Shown here in pieces: positions 59,108-64,000 of a stretch of DNA of 64,000 nt. Position 1 is the first letter of the stretch. Each line of letters starts with the position of its first letter. Origin of the DNA: an uncultured Bacteroidia bacterium. GTDB taxonomy: Bacteria > Bacteroidota > Bacteroidia > NS11-12g > UBA955. Location of the stretch: positions 393,054 to 457,053 of the forward strand of contig CALSPH010000002.1 in assembly GCA_943788195.1 (NCBI GenBank). Reading direction: 5' to 3'. A model generated the notes under the pieces. The model saw only the letters and a list, made by a program, of their open reading frames with translations, was not told where the DNA came from and did not search any database. The translations under genes were made by a program, and so were the position numbers.

Positions 59108-60802
59108 TTAGTGTAGTTGAAATTCTGGTAATTCAAATATGAATTTAAACATGGCAAAAAGGCGCAATAAGATCGCATTTTTCTTAGCTGTATCCGCTGG
59201 ATTTGCCTTATGGTCATTCCATTCTGTGGTCCAAACTGAATCTGCTAACCCATTGGTTAATGAGCCTGCCTTAATTTTATCTTTGGAGGCCTTAGAAATA
59301 TCCAATCCCAACATGAATTCACAAGTATGATCAATCAACTTATTTGGATCTGCAGCATCGGCACCATATGAATCGGCAAAAGCGATGGTATCAAACAAGA
59401 TTTTTTCATCCTTAACCGGCCAGCCTTGGAATGCTAAATATACACAATATTGGACTCTTTTCGGATAGGTATCTGAATTAATCCATATTTCATGAAACTT
59501 AGGTGTTTGATAAAATGCTGGCCATCCGGCAACTCCTGGCGGTTCACCAATCTCCATGCCGAGTTGGGCACCAACAAAATAGGGTAATTGCCATGATAAG
59601 TATTCTTTCTCTGTAGTGGCATTTGGATGGAAAGAATTTAAATTCTTAGCCAAATTACCATAAACATCCATAGGGGTTTTAATAAAACATCCTTGATTTA
59701 ATGGATCATAAAAGTGATCGCTAATTAAAAGCGCCTTTAATAACGGTTTAATTTCCCAATTCTGTTTAAAATCATCCGCCAAAGGAATAATTACATTCGT
59801 TTCAATTGCTGGCGTAATATTGTAGTAAACAAAGTACTTATAGAATTCTCTAACCATGTAACGTGCAATGACATCGCTTTTAGTAAAAATCATGTTGATT
59901 AGTTCTTGCGTCTCACCAGAACCCGCGGCACCAGTTTTACCCGTTATAGTTGTTCCTCCAAAAAAGCTTGAGAATGTCTTGTCCGTAACATCATGTGCAT
60001 TGCTATTGAAGTTAGATCCTCTCCAATCTGCATTCAATTTCCAACCGGTTAGTACGCGTGCCGCTGCTTTAACATCATCCTCAGTATACTGGCTGGCAGG
60101 ATCTTTACCTAAGGTAAACAACTCCATTAATTCTCGCGCATAGTTTTCATCTGGTGCAAATTTGGTATTATATATTCCATTCAAATACCTTAGCATTGCT
60201 GGGTTTACCGTTATTTTCTCAATTAAGGTTTTAAAATTGCCCAGTGCATTATCTCTCAATAATTTGAAATAATCATATGCCGCACGAGGTCTTCCAACGG
60301 CTACTACCTCCGTTGCCAAATGGTTGTGCCAAAACATGACCATTTTCTCAAGGATGGTATTGTCATGGTTCACTATATTTCCGGTTAGCCACCATTTCAG
60401 TGAATTTCTATATACCCCATTCTTAGTTGGATCATACGTAAGATTATCCCATTCTTGTCCATAAGTTAATGATGCAGGTTGATAGTCTTTTGGCTTCGCT
60501 GCAACGCTTGTATTTACATTTAGAAGGTCATCTACAGCCTGAGTTACCGTTTTAATGGAATTGGCGTCCCAAGTCGCTTTGCTGAATCCGTATAAGGTTC
60601 TGCTAAGCAAATGCTTGGCCTCAACCTTACCAAATGATCCTGTATGGGGAGCAATACCGCTAATTGGAGTATCAATGTCTATTGGAATTACTGAGTTAGA
60701 GAATTTGTTAAATATCTCGTCTTTCGTTATATCATAGTTGCTTGCAACAGGCTTATCTATGCCTTTGGCTAGCAACAAATCTTGTCTTGATAATTTAGTC
60801 AT
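59108..60802 (-). CDS. DUF1800-family protein
   Basis: 564 aa protein upstream of and co-oriented with the DUF1501 gene, the canonical DUF1800-DUF1501 pair. Confidence 0.5.
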   Translation of the reverse strand: MTKLSRQDLLLAKGIDKPVASNYDITKDEIFNKFSNSVIPIDIDTPISGIAPHTGSFGKVEAKHLLSRTLYGFSKATWDANSIKTVTQAVDDLLNVNTSVAAKPKDYQPASLTYGQEWDNLTYDPTKNGVYRNSLKWWLTGNIVNHDNTILEKMVMFWHNHLATEVVAVGRPRAAYDYFKLLRDNALGNFKTLIEKITVNPAMLRYLNGIYNTKFAPDENYARELMELFTLGKDPASQYTEDDVKAAARVLTGWKLNADWRGSNFNSNAHDVTDKTFSSFFGGTTITGKTGAAGSGETQELINMIFTKSDVIARYMVREFYKYFVYYNITPAIETNVIIPLADDFKQNWEIKPLLKALLISDHFYDPLNQGCFIKTPMDVYGNLAKNLNSFHPNATTEKEYLSWQLPYFVGAQLGMEIGEPPGVAGWPAFYQTPKFHEIWINSDTYPKRVQYCVYLAFQGWPVKDEKILFDTIAFADSYGADAADPNKLIDHTCEFMLGLDISKASKDKIKAGSLTNGLADSVWTTEWNDHKANPADTAKKNAILLRLFAMFKFIFELPEFQLH

Positions 60803-60908
60803 AAATGGGATTGTTTATTACTTGAATGTCAAAGTTAGACAATTCGAATTAAAAAAGGGTTGCACGTACCAAAAAATTGCTTTGTTTTAATACCTTTGCG
60901 CGCCTTAT

Positions 60909-61340
60909 ATGACCACAGCAACTATACGTACAAGCAAAGGAGAAATGGTTTTTGAATTATATGATTCGGAAACTCCATTAACCGCCAAAAATTTTATTGA
61001 CCTTTCTAACAAAGGATTTTACAACGGCCTAAACTTTCATAGAGTAATACCTAATTTCGTTCTTCAAGGTGGATGTCCTGACGGAACAGGTGCTGGAGGA
61101 CCAGGCTATTCCATACCATGCGAAACTTCAGGAGACAAGCAGTTTCATGACCGAGGTGTATTAAGCATGGCTCATGCCGGGCGAGACACAGGGGGCTCGC
61201 AGTTCTTTGTAGTTATGAGTAGAGAAAGTACATCTCATTTAGATGGTGTACATACTTGTTTTGGGAAAATAACTTCAGGAGACGAAGTAATTGACTTAAT
61301 AGAACAAGGAGACAAAATAGAGTCTATCACAATAAGTTAA
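60909..61340 (+). CDS. cyclophilin-type peptidyl-prolyl cis-trans isomerase
   Basis: FHRVIPNFVLQGGCP ... GGSQFFV motifs. Confidence 0.85.
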   Translation: MTTATIRTSKGEMVFELYDSETPLTAKNFIDLSNKGFYNGLNFHRVIPNFVLQGGCPDGTGAGGPGYSIPCETSGDKQFHDRGVLSMAHAGRDTGGSQFFVVMSRESTSHLDGVHTCFGKITSGDEVIDLIEQGDKIESITIS

Positions 61341-62960
<1,620 letters not shown>

Positions 62961-62965
62961 TATTT

Positions 62966-63394
62966 TTATGATTTTGAAGCAGGTGGGTTCATATATTTTT
63001 CAACCACTTCTTCTACTTTATCTAAGGTAATAGGCTTGGAAAGGTATCCAGCAACTTCCTCAAACGTATTCGCCTTGTGAACATCATCTGGGTAAACAGA
63101 TGATGAAAGCATTACAATTACAATCTTTGATCTGTCAATATCAGCGAGCGCTTTGTATTCATTTAAGAAATCCCAACCCGACTTAACTGGCATCTTGATA
63201 TCCAGCAAAATCAAGCTAGGTAAATGATTGGCTCCTTTACTTGCCAATTTGGTGAGAAGTTTAATACCTTCATCAGCACTCATTACAACATCGATTTCCT
63301 TAACTTTATTGGATTGTTCCAGTATAGACTCAGTGATGAAGTTACTGATTTCATCATCATCAATTATTAAAACTTTATCTATTCTATTGGACAT
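62966..63394 (-). CDS. orphan response-regulator receiver domain protein (CheY-like)
   Basis: VLIIDDDE...LDIKMP receiver motifs. No output domain. Confidence 0.7.
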   Translation of the reverse strand: MSNRIDKVLIIDDDEISNFITESILEQSNKVKEIDVVMSADEGIKLLTKLASKGANHLPSLILLDIKMPVKSGWDFLNEYKALADIDRSKIVIVMLSSSVYPDDVHKANTFEEVAGYLSKPITLDKVEEVVEKYMNPPASKS

Positions 63395-63569
63395 TAATAT
63401 GCTTAATTTTAGGCGAATTAAAGGAATTAAACTGAAAACATTACGCTTTGTTTAAGAAACTTACAAAGAAATTTACAATATGATATTAAATCAACAAATA
63501 CAAAATTGTTTCACGAATATTTGTAGTAATATATAATCGTTTGGTTTAAATTCGCCCCAATTTTAGTAC

Positions 63570-64000
63570 ATGAAAAACTTAACCCCTATTATCACCAGCT
63601 TAGTTGCAGCCATTTTATTAACCGCGTGCAACTCCAATCCAAAAGTTTACAAAGCAAGCGACTTGAAAAATATTAGCGATTCTGCTAGTTATCTTTCTGG
63701 TGTATTGACTGGAGAACAAATGAGGAAAGACACACTTTATAAAATCAATATCGATGTATATATCGCAGGAATAAAAGAAGCCTACAGTAAAGACTCAGGA
63801 TTTGCCATTGCAGCAGACCAACGTCAAGCTGTTTTTCAACGATTTCAGCAAGAAATGGATAAGAAATTATCTAAATTAGGTGATGAATTTTTAGCCAATA
63901 TTGAAAAAAATAAAACGGTTCAGAAATTAGATGGAGGGGTTTTACTTGAGGTGATTAGTGAAGGTTCTGGCGATTTTATTGCTATTGATGATTCTGTTTC
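63570..64000 (+). CDS. FKBP-type peptidyl-prolyl isomerase (FkpA-like), 3'-truncated by the window edge
   Basis: Open frame from the ATG at 63570 to the window end. Lipoprotein-like signal (LLTACNS) and FkpA N-terminal dimerisation-domain-like sequence. Confidence 0.45.
   Translation, partial: MKNLTPIITSLVAAILLTACNSNPKVYKASDLKNISDSASYLSGVLTGEQMRKDTLYKINIDVYIAGIKEAYSKDSGFAIAADQRQAVFQRFQQEMDKKLSKLGDEFLANIEKNKTVQKLDGGVLLEVISEGSGDFIAIDDSV

Overview
This 64 kb window is from a low-GC Bacteroidota chromosome, judged from T9SS/gliding genes, many T9SS C-terminal sorting domains and TAnnTTTG -7 promoter boxes. Most of it is housekeeping backbone. It contains a truncated Na/Pi transporter, chrA, a mevalonate-pathway cluster (UbiA prenyltransferase, GHMP kinase, diphosphomevalonate decarboxylase) and a T9SS/gliding cluster (porV, porU, a porP/sprF-family gene, gldJ). 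It also contains murB, prmC, ribD, ruvC, a ferredoxin/ferredoxin-NADP reductase pair, adk, obg, pheT, zapA, rny, nadC, purB, an OlsB/OlsA-like lipid acyltransferase pair, a DUF1800/DUF1501 pair, a cyclophilin, an ABC-F ATPase and an orphan response regulator. The interesting part is an ~11 kb accessory island at 30.2-41.3 kb, inserted at the 3' end of tRNA-Lys(TTT). A 19-bp direct repeat of the tRNA 3' end at 41249-41267 marks the far boundary. Inside, nearly every gene is followed by an imperfect palindromic element of 53-135 bp with conserved termini (5' ...CCCATAAC ... 3' ...AACGTTATGGG). These termini are complementary core motifs ending in AAC and starting with GTT, the architecture of integron attC sites. 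I read this as an integron-like gene-cassette array with no integrase in the window, i.e. a CALIN (cluster of attC sites lacking an integrase) or degenerate chromosomal integron. Its cargo is mostly secreted proteins: two paralogous T9SS-CTD proteins, a 16-aa tandem-repeat protein, a CAP-domain protein, a porin-like beta-barrel, an SH3b lipoprotein and a DUF3050-like protein. An IS6-family IS with 11-bp terminal inverted repeats and no target-site duplication sits at the distal end. A 2 x ~115 bp tandem repeat lies downstream of tRNA-Pro(GGG).
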